Shown here: piece after piece, positions 48,376 through 59,624 of the stretch
Layout of the letters: each line of letters begins with the position of its first letter
Numbering within the stretch: position 1 is the stretch's first letter
Assembly: GCA_963842525.1 (NCBI GenBank)
Contig: CAWJGT010000019.1
Coordinates: 64,001-128,000, forward strand
Source of the DNA: an uncultured Holophagales bacterium
Lineage (GTDB): Bacteria > Acidobacteriota > Thermoanaerobaculia > Multivoradales > UBA5704
DNA length: 64,000 bases
Direction: 5' to 3'
Notes under the pieces: generated by a model
The model's input: the letters and a program-made list of their open reading frames with translations, nothing else
What the model was told of the DNA's origin: nothing
The model's database searches: none
Translations under genes and position numbers: made by a program

Positions 48376-48460
48376 AGGACGACAAGGACAGCAAGGACAC
48401 CAAAGAAACAAGGACATCAGGAGGATTGTCCTTGCTGTCCCTGTTGTCCTTGGCGTCCTT
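48376..48460. repeat. Second inverted repeat of 9-bp caaggacNN units
   Basis: aggacgacaaggacagcaaggacacc ... gtccttgctgtccctgttgtccttggcgtcctt. Confidence 0.8.
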
Positions 48461-49361
48461 AGCGGGTGAGGGCCCTTTCCAGCACCTGCCCGGGATGGAG
48501 CTCTGGGAGCAGCAACGCCTCGCGCACGATGCCCAGGACCGCCTCTTCCGGCAGGAGGCCGATCACCTCGGTCTCCAGCACCCGGGCGCCGAGGGCCGCC
48601 GTCTCGCGGCGCACGCGGTCGAGGGCGGCGAGGACCGGCGTCTGCCGGTAGTCCACCAGGTTCATGCTGACCTGGGCCAGCCCGCGGCTGGCGAGGAAGA
48701 CCCCCATGGCGCGCACCGCGGGCAGCCCGCCGCCCGACGTACGGACCCGGCGGGCCACGGCGCGGGCGACCTCGACGTCGGCGGTGTCGAGCACGGCGTT
48801 GAAGGCGATGAGAAAGAAGCGCGCCCCGATCACGGTGACCCCGGCGGTGGGGTGGACGCGCGCCGGGCCGAAGTCCGGGGCCCAGGCCGGGTCGGCGATC
48901 TTGCCAGGGAAGCCTTCGAAGCCGCCGCGGCGGATCGCCGCCAGGAGGCGCCTCTCCGGCCGTCGCGCCGCGTGCTCGTAGAGGTAGACGGGCAGGGAGA
49001 AGCGTTCCGCCACGTCGCGGGCCAGGCGCTCCGCGGCGGCCACCGCCACCTCCATGGGCGTGTCGCCGAGCGGCACGAAGGGGGTCACGTCCACGGCGCC
49101 GACGCGAGGGTGGACTCCCTGGTGGCGGGTGAGGTCGACCTCGGCGAGGGCCGTCTCGTAGAGGGCGAGGAGGGACTGGTGGAGCCCGTCCGGCGTGCCC
49201 GCCAGGGTCAGCACCGTCCGGTTGTGGTCGGGATCGGAGGAGACGTCGAGGAGCCGGACGCCCGGTCCGGACGCCGCCGCGCCGGCCAGCCGGGCGATCA
49301 CCTCGGGGCGCCGGCCCTCGCTCACGTTGGGGACGCACTCGAGCGGCTGCACGCGCGGCAA
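48459..49361 (-). CDS. ftcD: Glutamate formimidoyltransferase
   Basis: ECVPNVSEGRR, DPDHNRTV, HQGVHPRVGAVDVTPFVP, GARFFLIAFN, QVSMNL. Confidence 0.92.
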   Translation of the reverse strand: MPRVQPLECVPNVSEGRRPEVIARLAGAAASGPGVRLLDVSSDPDHNRTVLTLAGTPDGLHQSLLALYETALAEVDLTRHQGVHPRVGAVDVTPFVPLGDTPMEVAVAAAERLARDVAERFSLPVYLYEHAARRPERRLLAAIRRGGFEGFPGKIADPAWAPDFGPARVHPTAGVTVIGARFFLIAFNAVLDTADVEVARAVARRVRTSGGGLPAVRAMGVFLASRGLAQVSMNLVDYRQTPVLAALDRVRRETAALGARVLETEVIGLLPEEAVLGIVREALLLPELHPGQVLERALTR

Positions 49362-49453
49362 AGTATAGCAACACCACGGGTTGTGCGGCGGCGAGGTCCT
49401 CTGTTAGGATACGCTCCAACTTTTCGGGCGCCTACAGCTTTTCCCTCAATGAG

Positions 49454-51613
49454 ATGAATTATTCCGGCAATCCTTCGCTGTCTTCCGACGTCCAGAAGCG
49501 GATCCTCGACACCTTCGAGCAGACGCTCGGCCTCGTCGAGGAGGGGAGCCGCCAGGAGGCACTCCTGGGCTGCGACTTCGTCCTCCGCATGGATCCCCAG
49601 TTCGAGCCGGCCCGGCGCCTGCAGGAACGCCTGCGCGCCAGCGCCGGCGCCGTGGTCGAAGTGGACGACCTGCGGCGCCAGCTCCAGGGCTCGGCCGCGC
49701 CGCCGCCGCCCCCCGCCGACAACGACCCCTTCGGCGGCCTGGACACGCTCGACCTCGACCTGCCCGAGCTGCCGGCCGACTTCCACGCCGGCCTGCGGCC
49801 GGAGCTCGAAGCGTTGCTCGCGCAGCGGCGCTTCCCCGAGCTGATGGCGCTCGCCGAGCGGGAGCGGGCCGCGGTGATGGCCGATCCCGGCCTGCTGCAG
49901 GTCATCGAGCAGGCGCAGAGCCGGATGGAGGCCGAGCCGTATGTGACGAAGTTCGCGGCGTCGGCGCGCGCGGCCCTCCAGGCCGGGCAGGACGGCGAGG
50001 CCGGGAAGCTGATCGAGAAGGCGCGGGCGCTGGACCCCTCGCATCCTGTGCTGGCCGAGTTGGAGGCGGCGCGGCGGTCCGCGGCCGGTATTGGAGGGGG
50101 CGGGCTGGCCGCGCCGGAGGACATGGGGTTCGACCTGAGCCTCGACGCGGATCCGGAGATGGGCCTGGGGGCCGCTTCCGAGACGAGCTTCGGCTCCCTC
50201 GGCCTGGACCTCGACGAGCCTGCGCCGGCCGCGGTCCCAGTTCCGGCCGCGGTCCCGGCCGCGGGTGCGAAACTGTTCGCCGGCACGGAGAACGAGCCCG
50301 AGCCGCGGATCCGCGAGCTGCTCGCGGAAGGGCAGAAGGCCTTCGCGGCCGGCGACCCGCAGAGCGCCATCGACGCCTGGTCCCGCATCTTCCTCATCGA
50401 CATCGACCACCAGGAGGCGGCGCGCCGCATCGAGATGGCGCGCAAGGTGCGGGCCGAGAAGGAACGCCAGGTGGAAGAGATTTTCCACGAGGGCGTGGAC
50501 AACCTCGCGGCGGGCGACATGGAGGGAGCCAAGCGATCCTTCCAGCGGGTGCTCGAGATCCAGCCGGCCTTCTTCCAGGCCCGCGAGTACCTGCAGCAGC
50601 TCGAAGCCGGGCACGTCCCGGTCATCGCCCACAAGGCGACGACCCGCGAGACCATGGCGCCGCCGCCGCCGGCCGAGGTGCTGCCGGGCCTGGACGACCT
50701 CGGAGGCCCCTCCGAGCTCAAGGAAGAGATCCTGGTCCCGCCCGATCCGGGCGAGATGCCCGCGAGGACGGCCGAGCGGAAGCCCAGGGCCGCCGCCGGT
50801 CCGGCGCGGGAAGGCAAGGCGCGCCGCCTCTTCGTCGTGGTCGGGACCGCAGTGCTGCTGCTGGTCCTCGGGGGCGGCTGGTACGTCTACCAGAACCGGG
50901 AGCAGCTCTTCCCCAACTCGCAGGCGCCGGAGGAGGCCTCGACCCCCGAGCCCGACCCGATCACCCGGGCCGTCGCCCTCCAGCGCGCCGGCAAGACCTC
51001 CATGGCCGTCTCGCAGCTCAAGCGGATGCTGCCGTCCGATCCCCAGTACCAGCGCGCCCAGGCCCTGATCGCGGAATGGGAGGGCACCGCCGGCTCGGGC
51101 TCGGTTGCGCCGTCCGCGCCCGCCGTGCCGGTCGCCCTCTCGGAGGAGCGGCTGGCCCTGCTCGCCTCGGCGCACCAGGCCCATACCGAGGGAAGCTATC
51201 TGCGCGCCATCGAGCTCCTGAATCAGGCCGCCGCCAAGGCCAAGCTGGAGCCGGCCGAGAGCGAGCTGCTGGCCGACGCCAAGCGCAAGATCGAGCCGAT
51301 CGCGCCGCAGCTCGAATTCTTCCGCCAGCAGGAGTGGGAATACGTCATCCCCGAGCTCTGGCGGAAGCACGAGGCCAACCCCGGCGACCGCGACGTCAAG
51401 CGCCTGCTGGTCGATTCCTATTACAATCTGGGATTGCAGGACCTCCAGGGGACCGATCCGACCAAGGCGGTGGAAAAGTTCGAGGAGGCCAGGAAGCTCG
51501 CGCCCGAGGACGAGATGATCCGCCGGCAGCACGCCTTCGCGAAGACCTACGAGGAGCGACCGATCGACCTCCTCTACCGCATCTACGTCAAGTACCTCCC
51601 CTTCCGCTCATGA
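49454..51613 (+). CDS. TPR-containing membrane-anchored hypothetical protein
   Basis: TPR-like AIDAWSRIFLID and FQRVLEIQP segments, acidic/Pro linkers, one TM segment near residue 460. Confidence 0.75.
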   Translation: MNYSGNPSLSSDVQKRILDTFEQTLGLVEEGSRQEALLGCDFVLRMDPQFEPARRLQERLRASAGAVVEVDDLRRQLQGSAAPPPPPADNDPFGGLDTLDLDLPELPADFHAGLRPELEALLAQRRFPELMALAERERAAVMADPGLLQVIEQAQSRMEAEPYVTKFAASARAALQAGQDGEAGKLIEKARALDPSHPVLAELEAARRSAAGIGGGGLAAPEDMGFDLSLDADPEMGLGAASETSFGSLGLDLDEPAPAAVPVPAAVPAAGAKLFAGTENEPEPRIRELLAEGQKAFAAGDPQSAIDAWSRIFLIDIDHQEAARRIEMARKVRAEKERQVEEIFHEGVDNLAAGDMEGAKRSFQRVLEIQPAFFQAREYLQQLEAGHVPVIAHKATTRETMAPPPPAEVLPGLDDLGGPSELKEEILVPPDPGEMPARTAERKPRAAAGPAREGKARRLFVVVGTAVLLLVLGGGWYVYQNREQLFPNSQAPEEASTPEPDPITRAVALQRAGKTSMAVSQLKRMLPSDPQYQRAQALIAEWEGTAGSGSVAPSAPAVPVALSEERLALLASAHQAHTEGSYLRAIELLNQAAAKAKLEPAESELLADAKRKIEPIAPQLEFFRQQEWEYVIPELWRKHEANPGDRDVKRLLVDSYYNLGLQDLQGTDPTKAVEKFEEARKLAPEDEMIRRQHAFAKTYEERPIDLLYRIYVKYLPFRS

Positions 51614-52254
51614 GACGACCGGACCAGGACGCGGACGAGCCGCTGCTCTTCGACCTTCCGCTCGAATCCCCGGAGCGCGGCCCGTCCACGGCGGCTCCAG
51701 CGTCTCCAGCAGTCCCCGAGCGCAAGCGGACGGCTTCCCCGGCAGCAACACCGGTGGTGACCCATCGCACCGCGGCCGCGCGGGCTCCGCGCGAGGAGCC
51801 CCTCGCCTTCGAGGACGCCGGGCTGGACGACGGCGCGGGGCCGGCGGAAGCCGTCCGCCGCCTCGGGCTCGGCACCCGCTTCGCCTCCGGGGCGGCCGAC
51901 CTGCTGGTCCACGGCGCCGTCCTGATCGTCCTGCTGGTCGGCACCCGCCTGCTGGGGGTGCGTCCGGCGCTCGACGACTGGCCGGCCTTCGCAGTCTTCC
52001 TGGCGGCCTTCTCCTTCCTCTATCTGGTCGTGCCGCTCGCCTTCTGGGGCCACACCCTGGGCATGGCCTGGGCCGGCCTCTTCTCGCGCAACCCGGACGG
52101 CGAGCCGCTCACCTTCGACCAGACCGCGCGGCGCTGGCTGGGCGCCGTCCTCACCGCCCTGCTGCTCGGCCTCCCCTTGCTCCTCACCGGCCCCCGGCGC
52201 TCCCTCGCCGACCGCATCAGCGGCTCCGAGACCCACCTCAGCGGCGCGGCGTAG
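51610..52254 (+). CDS. RDD family membrane protein
   Basis: RFASGAADLL...FWGHTLGM...RRSLADRISGS; ATGA overlap with the upstream gene. Confidence 0.78.
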   Translation: MRRPDQDADEPLLFDLPLESPERGPSTAAPASPAVPERKRTASPAATPVVTHRTAAARAPREEPLAFEDAGLDDGAGPAEAVRRLGLGTRFASGAADLLVHGAVLIVLLVGTRLLGVRPALDDWPAFAVFLAAFSFLYLVVPLAFWGHTLGMAWAGLFSRNPDGEPLTFDQTARRWLGAVLTALLLGLPLLLTGPRRSLADRISGSETHLSGAA

Positions 52255-52457
52255 GCGCGGTTCACCTGGCCGCTTCCCTTGCGAAGTTGCGGCGCGAAAA
52301 TTGCATTGGCACACGGGCCTGGGAGAGCTTCGAGCTGAGGGGGCGGAAGCGCTCTGCCAGGGCAAATCCTGAATGAATTCGCCACGGCAGTCGTTGCCGT
52401 GGCTCTCTGGATGCTTTTTGGAGAGTCGCAAGACTGCTCATGGGGGAATCCATGTCC

Positions 52458-55400
52458 ATGCCATGTCTCCGAGCTGTCGTTCCCGTCCTCCTTGCCTCAT
52501 CGCTCCTCCTCGTCGGCTCCGGCCGCAGCGCTGCGCAGACCGGCTTGCGCTTCACCAACTATGGGCCTCCGCAGGACACCTCTCCCGGCCTGGGGACGAG
52601 CGGAGGTGACTCGGGCGTGGGCTCGACCGCGGGCGAGCCTTCGATCGGGGCCAATCATGCCGGGGCCACCGGGGCGCTGATGTACATCTCGTCTCTCGAG
52701 ACGCTGCGGCTCACCCCGGACCATTGCGCTTCGCCGCCCGCCGTCGAGTGGCTCAATAAGACCTTCATCACGACGTCGCTCCGCACCCTCGACCCGATCC
52801 TCTTCACCGATCACCAGACGGGGCGGACCTTCTCCAGCCAGCTCGCCGGCAAGTGCAGCGCGATGGCCTTCTCCGACGACGACGGCAACACCTGGACGCA
52901 GAGCCAGGGCTGCGGCATGAACGCCGGCGCGGACCACCAAACGGTCGGCGGCGGCCCCTTCCCGGCGAGCGATCCGATCCAGGGGACCACGAGCTATCCG
53001 AACGCCGTCTACTACTGCTCGCAGGACGTGGCGCTGGCGCAGTGCGCCGTGTCGCGGGACGGCGGCCTCACCTTCGGCCCGGCGGTGCCCATCTATACCC
53101 AGGCGGAGTGCAGCGAGATCGGCGGCAAGCTCCATGGCCACATCAAGGTCGCCCCGGACGGCACCGCCTACGTGCCGCAGCCGGGGTGCAACGGCAAGCA
53201 GATCGTCTCGGTGAGCCAGGATGCCGGCACCACCTGGACGGTGCGGCCCATCCCGCAGTCGACCCCCGGCGCAGGCTCCGACCCGGCGGTTTATGCCGAT
53301 GCCGCCAACCGGGTCTACTTCGGCTACGTCGACGGCGACGGCAAGGTGAAGGTCACGACCTCCGAGGACCATGGCCAGACCTGGACGCCTTCGGTGGACG
53401 TCGGCGCCGCCTTCGGGGTGCTGGCCGGGGCCTTCCCGCAGGTGATCGCCGGCGATGCCGGCCGCGCGGCGATCGCCTTTCTCGGCTCCCAGAACGGCGA
53501 CCTGGCGAGCGCCTACGGCACGGACGTGACCGCGCCTCACACCTGGCACCTCTATGTCGCGGTCACCTACGACGCAGGTGCGAATTGGGAGACGCTCGAC
53601 GTCACCCCCGCCGACCCGGTGCAGCGCGGCACCATCTGCATGCAGGGGACGGTCTGCTCCGCCGGCCGCAACCTCCTCGATTTCAACGAGATCGACGTCA
53701 CCAAGGACGGCCGGGTGGTGGTCGCCTGGGCCGACGGCTGCGTCGGGGCCTGCATCGCCGGCCCACCCAACAGCGGCACCGACGTGGCGCGCATCGCGCT
53801 GCAGACCGGCGGCAAGCGGCTGTATGCCGCCTTCGACGCGCCGCCGACCGCGCCGCCGGCCGCACCCGCGGTCGTGGCAACGTACTCGCCGCCCAACGTC
53901 ACCCTGACCTGGAGCGAGCCGGAGTCGCCTGCGCCGATCACCGGCTACCGGATCGACCGCCAGCGCACGGGGGAGCCGGGCTTCACCGAGCTGGCGACGG
54001 TGGACGCGGCGACCTTCTCGTACCTGGACCAGCCCGGCGGCGCCAACCCGGGCCAGACGCTCTACCGGGTCGCTGCCTTGAACGACAACGGCGCCGGCCC
54101 GCATTGCGGCGAGCCCGTGCTGAATCCGCCGCTGAGCGCGGATCCCTGCACGCCGCCCGGCATCACCGTCGCGGTCGACAGCTTCGACGGCGTGCCGGTC
54201 GCCAACTCCAACTACGATGCGCAGTCGGCGTCGATCGCCGAGCCGTTCCTGGGGCAGGGAACGAGCCGCCTCGTCTTCACGATCGAGGTCGCCGACCTCA
54301 CCAATCCGCCGCCGGCGGGCGCCTGGTACGTCCTGTGGAACCGGCCGGTGCCCGACGCCGGGGCCGACCGCAACTACGTCGCCGTGAAGAGCACCGGCCT
54401 CCCGGGCGGCGTGACCTTCGAGCACGGCACGGTCTCGCCGCCCAACGCCAACGTCGCGACCACGGTCGGGCCGCTCACCGGCAGCATCGACATCGCCGCC
54501 GACACCTTCACGATCGAGGCCGACCCGGCGCTCTTCGACGGCATCGGACCGGGCGACGACCTGCCGGGCGTCGAGCTGCGGACCTTTGCCGCCACCAACC
54601 CGGCGACGGTGGGACAGCTCGCCGCGACCGACTTCAGCGGTGCCGGTAATTACACTTTGTTCGGCAACGCCTTCTGCGGCCCCAACGGCCTGCCCATCGC
54701 CCAGGACGACGCGGCGTTCACCGATCCCGGCCAGGCCAGGGTGATCGACGTCCTGGCCAACGACAGCGATCCCAACGGCGACCCGCTGCGGGTCGCGGTC
54801 GTCTTCCAGCCGGCGCACGGCATCACTGCCAAGACGCCCGACCACCAGGTCCTCTACACCCCGGACAACGGCTTCAGCGGCAGCGACGTCTTCCAGTACA
54901 CGGCCGCCGACGGGCGCGGCGGGGAGGCGATCGGCACCGTCATCGTGACTGTCCAGAACCTGCCGAACTTCCCGCCCCACGCGGTCGACGACGAGGCCAC
55001 GGTGCTGGCCGGCCACAGCGTCGCGATCGACGTCCTCGCCAACGACACCGACCCCGACGACGACGACCTGACCATCGCCAGCGTCACCCTGCCGGGAGCC
55101 TGCGGCACGCCGCTCCTCGATGCCGGCGCCAACCGCATCAACTTCTTCGCCGACGCCGCCTTCCTCGGCGGCTGCTGCTTCAGGTACGTCGTCCAGGACG
55201 GGAAAGGGGGCGCCGACACCGGCGAGGCCTGCGTCAGCGTGACCTGCCCGCCGGTGCCGACGGGCGAGCTGTTCCACGACTTCGAGGCCGGCGACGCGGG
55301 GTTCACGACCGACCACTTCCAGAGCCCCACGGGCTCGCTCGACTGGGCGCTCACCAGCGGGCCGATCGATCCGACCAACGTCGCCTGGTTCACCAACGAC

Positions 55401-56210
55401 CCGGCGGCTACCGACCTGGCGACCAAGGACGACCGGCTCATCTCGCCGCCGGTCGACATCTCTTCCACCAGCAGCCTGGAGTTCCAGCACCGCTTCAACA
55501 CCGAGGACACGTTCAACGGCGGAGCGCTCGAGGTGAGCCTGGACGGCGGAGCGACGTGGCAGTACGTGCCGGGCACGGCGTTCCAGGCCGGCGGCTACAA
55601 CAGCACGACGACCGGCTTCGCGGCGGCCTGGTCCGGCCAATCGTCCGCCTATCCGATGTTGAGCGGGGTGACTGTCAACCTCTCCGCCTACGCCGGCTTC
55701 GGGCGCCGCTTCCGTTGGCGTTTCCTGGCCGACACCAACGCCGGCACCGAGGGCTGGTGGGTGGACGACGTGCGCTTCACCAACACCTTCGAGCCGGGGA
55801 CCTGCGACCCGATCCCGCCCTGCCAGCCGGGAGGGGGGCTCTGCTTCCATACGATGGTGCCGTGCCGCGTCTACGACTCGCGCCAGGACACCCAGGACGG
55901 GCGGCTGGACTCGGGCGTCGAGCGCGCGATTGCCCTCGTCGACGCGGCTGCCTGCGGCATCCCGCCGACCGCTCGGGCGGTGGCGGTCAACCTGACCGTG
56001 GTGCAACCGACCGCGGTGGGCCACATCACCGTCTATCCGGATGCCGGCTTCACGCCCGCGACGAGCACGATCAACTTCGGCGCCGGGCAGACGCGCGCCA
56101 ACAACGCCGTCCTCGACCTCTCCGATCTCGGAGCGATCATCGCCCGGCCGTTCCTGCTTGACGGAGGCACGGTCGACCTGGTCGTCGACGTGTTCGGCTA
56201 CTTCGAATGA
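52458..56210 (+). CDS. Large secreted modular protein (BNR/Asp-box propeller, FN3, two Big_9-like Ig repeats, MAM-like region, C-terminal beta domain)
   Basis: SDDDGNTW, SRDGGLTF, SQDAGTTW Asp-boxes; LTW...ITGYRI FN3; IDVLANDSDPNGD and IDVLANDTDPDDD; GWWVDDV; PCRVYDSR...VVDVFGYFE. Confidence 0.85.
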   Translation: MPCLRAVVPVLLASSLLLVGSGRSAAQTGLRFTNYGPPQDTSPGLGTSGGDSGVGSTAGEPSIGANHAGATGALMYISSLETLRLTPDHCASPPAVEWLNKTFITTSLRTLDPILFTDHQTGRTFSSQLAGKCSAMAFSDDDGNTWTQSQGCGMNAGADHQTVGGGPFPASDPIQGTTSYPNAVYYCSQDVALAQCAVSRDGGLTFGPAVPIYTQAECSEIGGKLHGHIKVAPDGTAYVPQPGCNGKQIVSVSQDAGTTWTVRPIPQSTPGAGSDPAVYADAANRVYFGYVDGDGKVKVTTSEDHGQTWTPSVDVGAAFGVLAGAFPQVIAGDAGRAAIAFLGSQNGDLASAYGTDVTAPHTWHLYVAVTYDAGANWETLDVTPADPVQRGTICMQGTVCSAGRNLLDFNEIDVTKDGRVVVAWADGCVGACIAGPPNSGTDVARIALQTGGKRLYAAFDAPPTAPPAAPAVVATYSPPNVTLTWSEPESPAPITGYRIDRQRTGEPGFTELATVDAATFSYLDQPGGANPGQTLYRVAALNDNGAGPHCGEPVLNPPLSADPCTPPGITVAVDSFDGVPVANSNYDAQSASIAEPFLGQGTSRLVFTIEVADLTNPPPAGAWYVLWNRPVPDAGADRNYVAVKSTGLPGGVTFEHGTVSPPNANVATTVGPLTGSIDIAADTFTIEADPALFDGIGPGDDLPGVELRTFAATNPATVGQLAATDFSGAGNYTLFGNAFCGPNGLPIAQDDAAFTDPGQARVIDVLANDSDPNGDPLRVAVVFQPAHGITAKTPDHQVLYTPDNGFSGSDVFQYTAADGRGGEAIGTVIVTVQNLPNFPPHAVDDEATVLAGHSVAIDVLANDTDPDDDDLTIASVTLPGACGTPLLDAGANRINFFADAAFLGGCCFRYVVQDGKGGADTGEACVSVTCPPVPTGELFHDFEAGDAGFTTDHFQSPTGSLDWALTSGPIDPTNVAWFTNDPAATDLATKDDRLISPPVDISSTSSLEFQHRFNTEDTFNGGALEVSLDGGATWQYVPGTAFQAGGYNSTTTGFAAAWSGQSSAYPMLSGVTVNLSAYAGFGRRFRWRFLADTNAGTEGWWVDDVRFTNTFEPGTCDPIPPCQPGGGLCFHTMVPCRVYDSRQDTQDGRLDSGVERAIALVDAAACGIPPTARAVAVNLTVVQPTAVGHITVYPDAGFTPATSTINFGAGQTRANNAVLDLSDLGAIIARPFLLDGGTVDLVVDVFGYFE

Positions 56211-56212
56211 AC

Positions 56213-56240
56213 GGGCGGGCGGAGATCCGCCCGCCGCTTT
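56213..56240. terminator. Hairpin terminator between convergent genes
   Basis: ggcgggcgga-ga-tccgcccgcc followed by gcttt. Confidence 0.65.
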
Positions 56241-56247
56241 GCACCCG

Positions 56248-59200
56248 CTATTTGATCTCGATCGGCGCCTCCGCCGTCAGCAGGTCGATCTTCGCCCCCG
56301 CGACCTTCTGGCGGAACGCGAGGACGTCCCCGGCGAAGAGGCGGTTGAAGTCGGCGAGCACCGCCTTCGCCGCTGCCTCGGCCTGGTCCAGATAGGCGAG
56401 CTGGTTCGGGTTCGGCCGGTCGAAGGAGGAGTCCAGGGTGTCGCTGGCGGTCTCGATCTTCCCGTAGACCGTCTGGTCGTCGATGAGCCCCCTGGCGTCC
56501 GGCAGGACCCGAAGCCGTTCCTCCATCGCGGTGAGCTTCCCCTGGAGGTCCCTGGCCGCCTGCCGCAGCTCCTTGTGCGGGTCCTGTTGTTTGGCCTCGT
56601 CCTCCTTCTCGGATTTCTTTGCCGCGTCGAGCTTCTTGAGCACGACGCCGACGTCGGTGCGGGCGGTGCCGATCCGGTCGACCGCATCGACGACCGCAGT
56701 CTGCGCGGACTTCAGGCGCTCGAGGGCGGCCTCGCGCGCCTGCCAGTCGGCCGCGGTGTTCTTCGAAGTGGGGTCTGTCACGACCTCCACGGTCCCCTTG
56801 GCCTCGCGGTCGCCGTGCTTCACGGTCACCTGGTAGGTGCCCGGCGGGACCTTCGGGCCGCTGTCGTCATCCTGGAAGCCGCGGCGGGTGGTCGGCGGCT
56901 CGGGAAAGGGGTCGCGCCCGAGGTCCCAGACCGCCCGGTTGAGCCCGAGCTGGGCCGGGCCGTCCATCTTGCGGACGAGCTTGCCGGAGGCGTCGGTGAT
57001 GCGGATCTCGACCTTCGGCTTGCTCTCGCCGCCCGGTTCTTCGGCCGCCGGCCGGGTGCGCGATGCAGCGCGCTCCCTCTCCTTGCGCTCGCGCTCCTTC
57101 TCGGCGTCGGGGTGGGGCAGGCCGGGGACGTTCAATGAATAGGTCAGCGGGATGCCATAGGGCGCGTTCTCGCCCCGGAAGTCGCCGGCGCCGGGGCGCG
57201 AGGCGCCTCCCGCCATCGTCTCCTGGTGGAGCGTGCCCGGAGTGGCGGGGAAGAGATGGACCGGCTCCTTCAGGGCTTCGGGCGTCAGCTCGCGCAGCGG
57301 CGCGACGTCGTCGATCACGTACACCGCCCGGCCGTGGGTGGCGATCACCAGGTCGTGCTCGCGCGGATGGACGACCAGGTCGGCCACCGCCGTGGTGGGC
57401 ACGCCGTGGGTCCACCGCATCCAGCGCTTGCCGCCGTCGTTCGAACACCCAGAGCCCGAATTCGGTCCCCAGGAAGAGGAGGTCGCGGTCGACCGGGTCC
57501 TGCTCGATGGCCAGGGCCCAACCCCATAAATCTTTCGTGGAAAGGCTTTTCCAGGTCTTTCCCCAGTCGTCGGTGCGATAGACGTACGGGGTCCAGTCCG
57601 AGCGGCGGTGGTTGTCGAAGACGATGAAGGCGCCCGCCGGATCGAAACGCGAGGCCCGGATGTGGGGCACCCAGGTGTTGGCCGGCACACCGGGGATGTT
57701 CTTCTCGACGCTCGTCCAGGTCTTGCCGCCGTCGCGGGTGACGTGCACCCGGCCGTCGTCGGTCCCCACCCAGATCACGCCGCGTTCGAGGGCGCTGGGC
57801 GCGACGGCAAGGATGGTGGTGAAATTCTCCGCTCCGCTGGCGTCCGGCGTGATGCCGCCGCTCTCGGCCGCCTTCTGCCACTCCGGCCGGTTGGTCGTCA
57901 GGTCGGGGCTGATCACCGTCCAGGTTTCGCCGCGGTCGGTCGACTTGTGGAGGTACTGGCTGCCGTAATAGAGGCTGTCCGGCTCGAACGGATCGAGCGC
58001 GAAGCCGGAGCTCCAGTTGAAGCGCAGCTTTTGGGCGGGGTCGGCGCCCAGGTCGGCCGGCTTCAGGGTCTTCGCTTCGCCGTTGCGCTGGTTCCAGCGC
58101 ATGAGGGCCCCGCCCTGGGACATGGAGTAGCCCAGCGAGGAGTCCTTGGGATGAGGGGCCGCGTCGAAGCCGTCGCCTCCCCCGATCCGTGCCCAGTGCT
58201 GGTTGCGGATGTCCCCGTTCTCCCAGACCTCGGCCGGGCCTCTCCACGTGCCGTTGTCCTGCAGGCCGCCGTAGACGTTGTAGGGCGTGTCCATGTCGAC
58301 GTTGACGTGGTAGTACTGGGCGAGCGGCAGGTTCGGCGGGAAGTACCAGGTGGCGCCGCGATCCCGGCTGATGCCGAGCCCGCCGTCGTTGCCGACCACG
58401 ATGTGGCTCGGGTCGCGAGGGTTGATCCACATGGCGTGGTAGTCGCCGTGGATCTCGCGCGCGCGGCCCAGGGCGTCGAAGGTCTTGCCGCCGTCGTCCG
58501 ACACGTTCAGCCGGGTGGCCAGGTTGTAGACCCGGTTCGGCCAGGTGGGATCGACCCGGATGTCGGCGTAGTAGAAGGGGCGGTTCGCCGTCCGCGGATC
58601 CTCATTGACGGCCTTCCAGGTGCGGCCGCCGTCGTCGGAGCGGATCAGGGCGCTCTTTTCCGCCTCGACCAGGGCGTAGACGGTCTCGGGGTTGGAGTGC
58701 GAGATCGCCAGGCCGATGCGGCCGAGCTGTCCCTTGGGCAGGCCGTCGTCCTCGGTGAGCCGCTTCCAGGTCTCGCCGCCGTCGTAGGTCATGTAGAGAC
58801 CGGAGCCGGGGCCGCCGGAGCGGAAGCTCCACGGCCAGCGCCGGTGGTCCCACATCGCCGCGAACAGCTTGTTGGGGTTCGCCGGGTCGATCACCAGGTC
58901 GGCCGCGCCGGTCCGCTCGTCGACATAGAGCACCTTCTTCCAGGTCTTGCCGCCGTCGACCGTCTTGAACACGCCGCGCTCGGCGTTCTCCCCCCACAGC
59001 TTGCCGAGGGCGGCCACCCAGGCCACGTCCGGGTTCGTGGGATGGAGCACGACGCGGTGGATGTGCTCGGTCTGCTCCAGTCCCAGGTGCTTCCAGGTCC
59101 GCCCGCCGTCGAGCGAGCGGTAGATCCCCCAGCCCACCGACACGCTGTTGCGCGGGTTTCCCTCGCCGGTGCCCGCCCAGACGATGTCGGGGTTCGGCTG

Positions 59201-59485
59201 GAAGACGGCGAGAGCGCCGATCGACGCGACCTTCTGGTCGTCGAAGGTCGGCTCCCAGGTGAGGCCGCCGTTGGTTGACTTCCACACCCCGCCGTTGGCC
59301 GCGCCGACATAGAGGATGTCCGGGTTGGACTCGACCGCGACCACGTCGGACACCCGGCCGCTCATGGCCGCGGGGCCGATGGAGCGGGCCTTCAGACCGG
59401 CGAGGAGCGCGGGATCGACCTGGGCCGCCGCAGAGGAGGCGAGCAGACCGAGCACGAGGACGAGGGATGCGAGGATTCGAGGCAT
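56248..59485 (-). CDS. BNR/VPS10-like glycosyl hydrolase repeat protein (frameshift near 57445)
   Basis: RSIGPAAMSGR, GGVWKSTNGG, many SxDGGxTW repeats, GGLQDNG, LFLGTEFG, IATHGR. Confidence 0.9.
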
Positions 59486-59624
59486 GTCATCTCCCGAGAA
59501 GAGAAGAAGGGGGCCGGAAACGGCCGGCTTGCATCGGGCGTACTGATACCGCACGGGCCGTGCGGGATGCAACCTCGGGGTTCGATGCGACGGGGTGCGG
59601 TATGCTCGGATGGGGAGGGTTCTC

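Noticed and set aside
52497-56024. 1175-aa minus-strand ORF and similar long antisense ORFs (35978..37999, 26619..28700, 49322..51532)
   Set aside because: Antisense shadows of well-supported genes, with no recognisable motifs.
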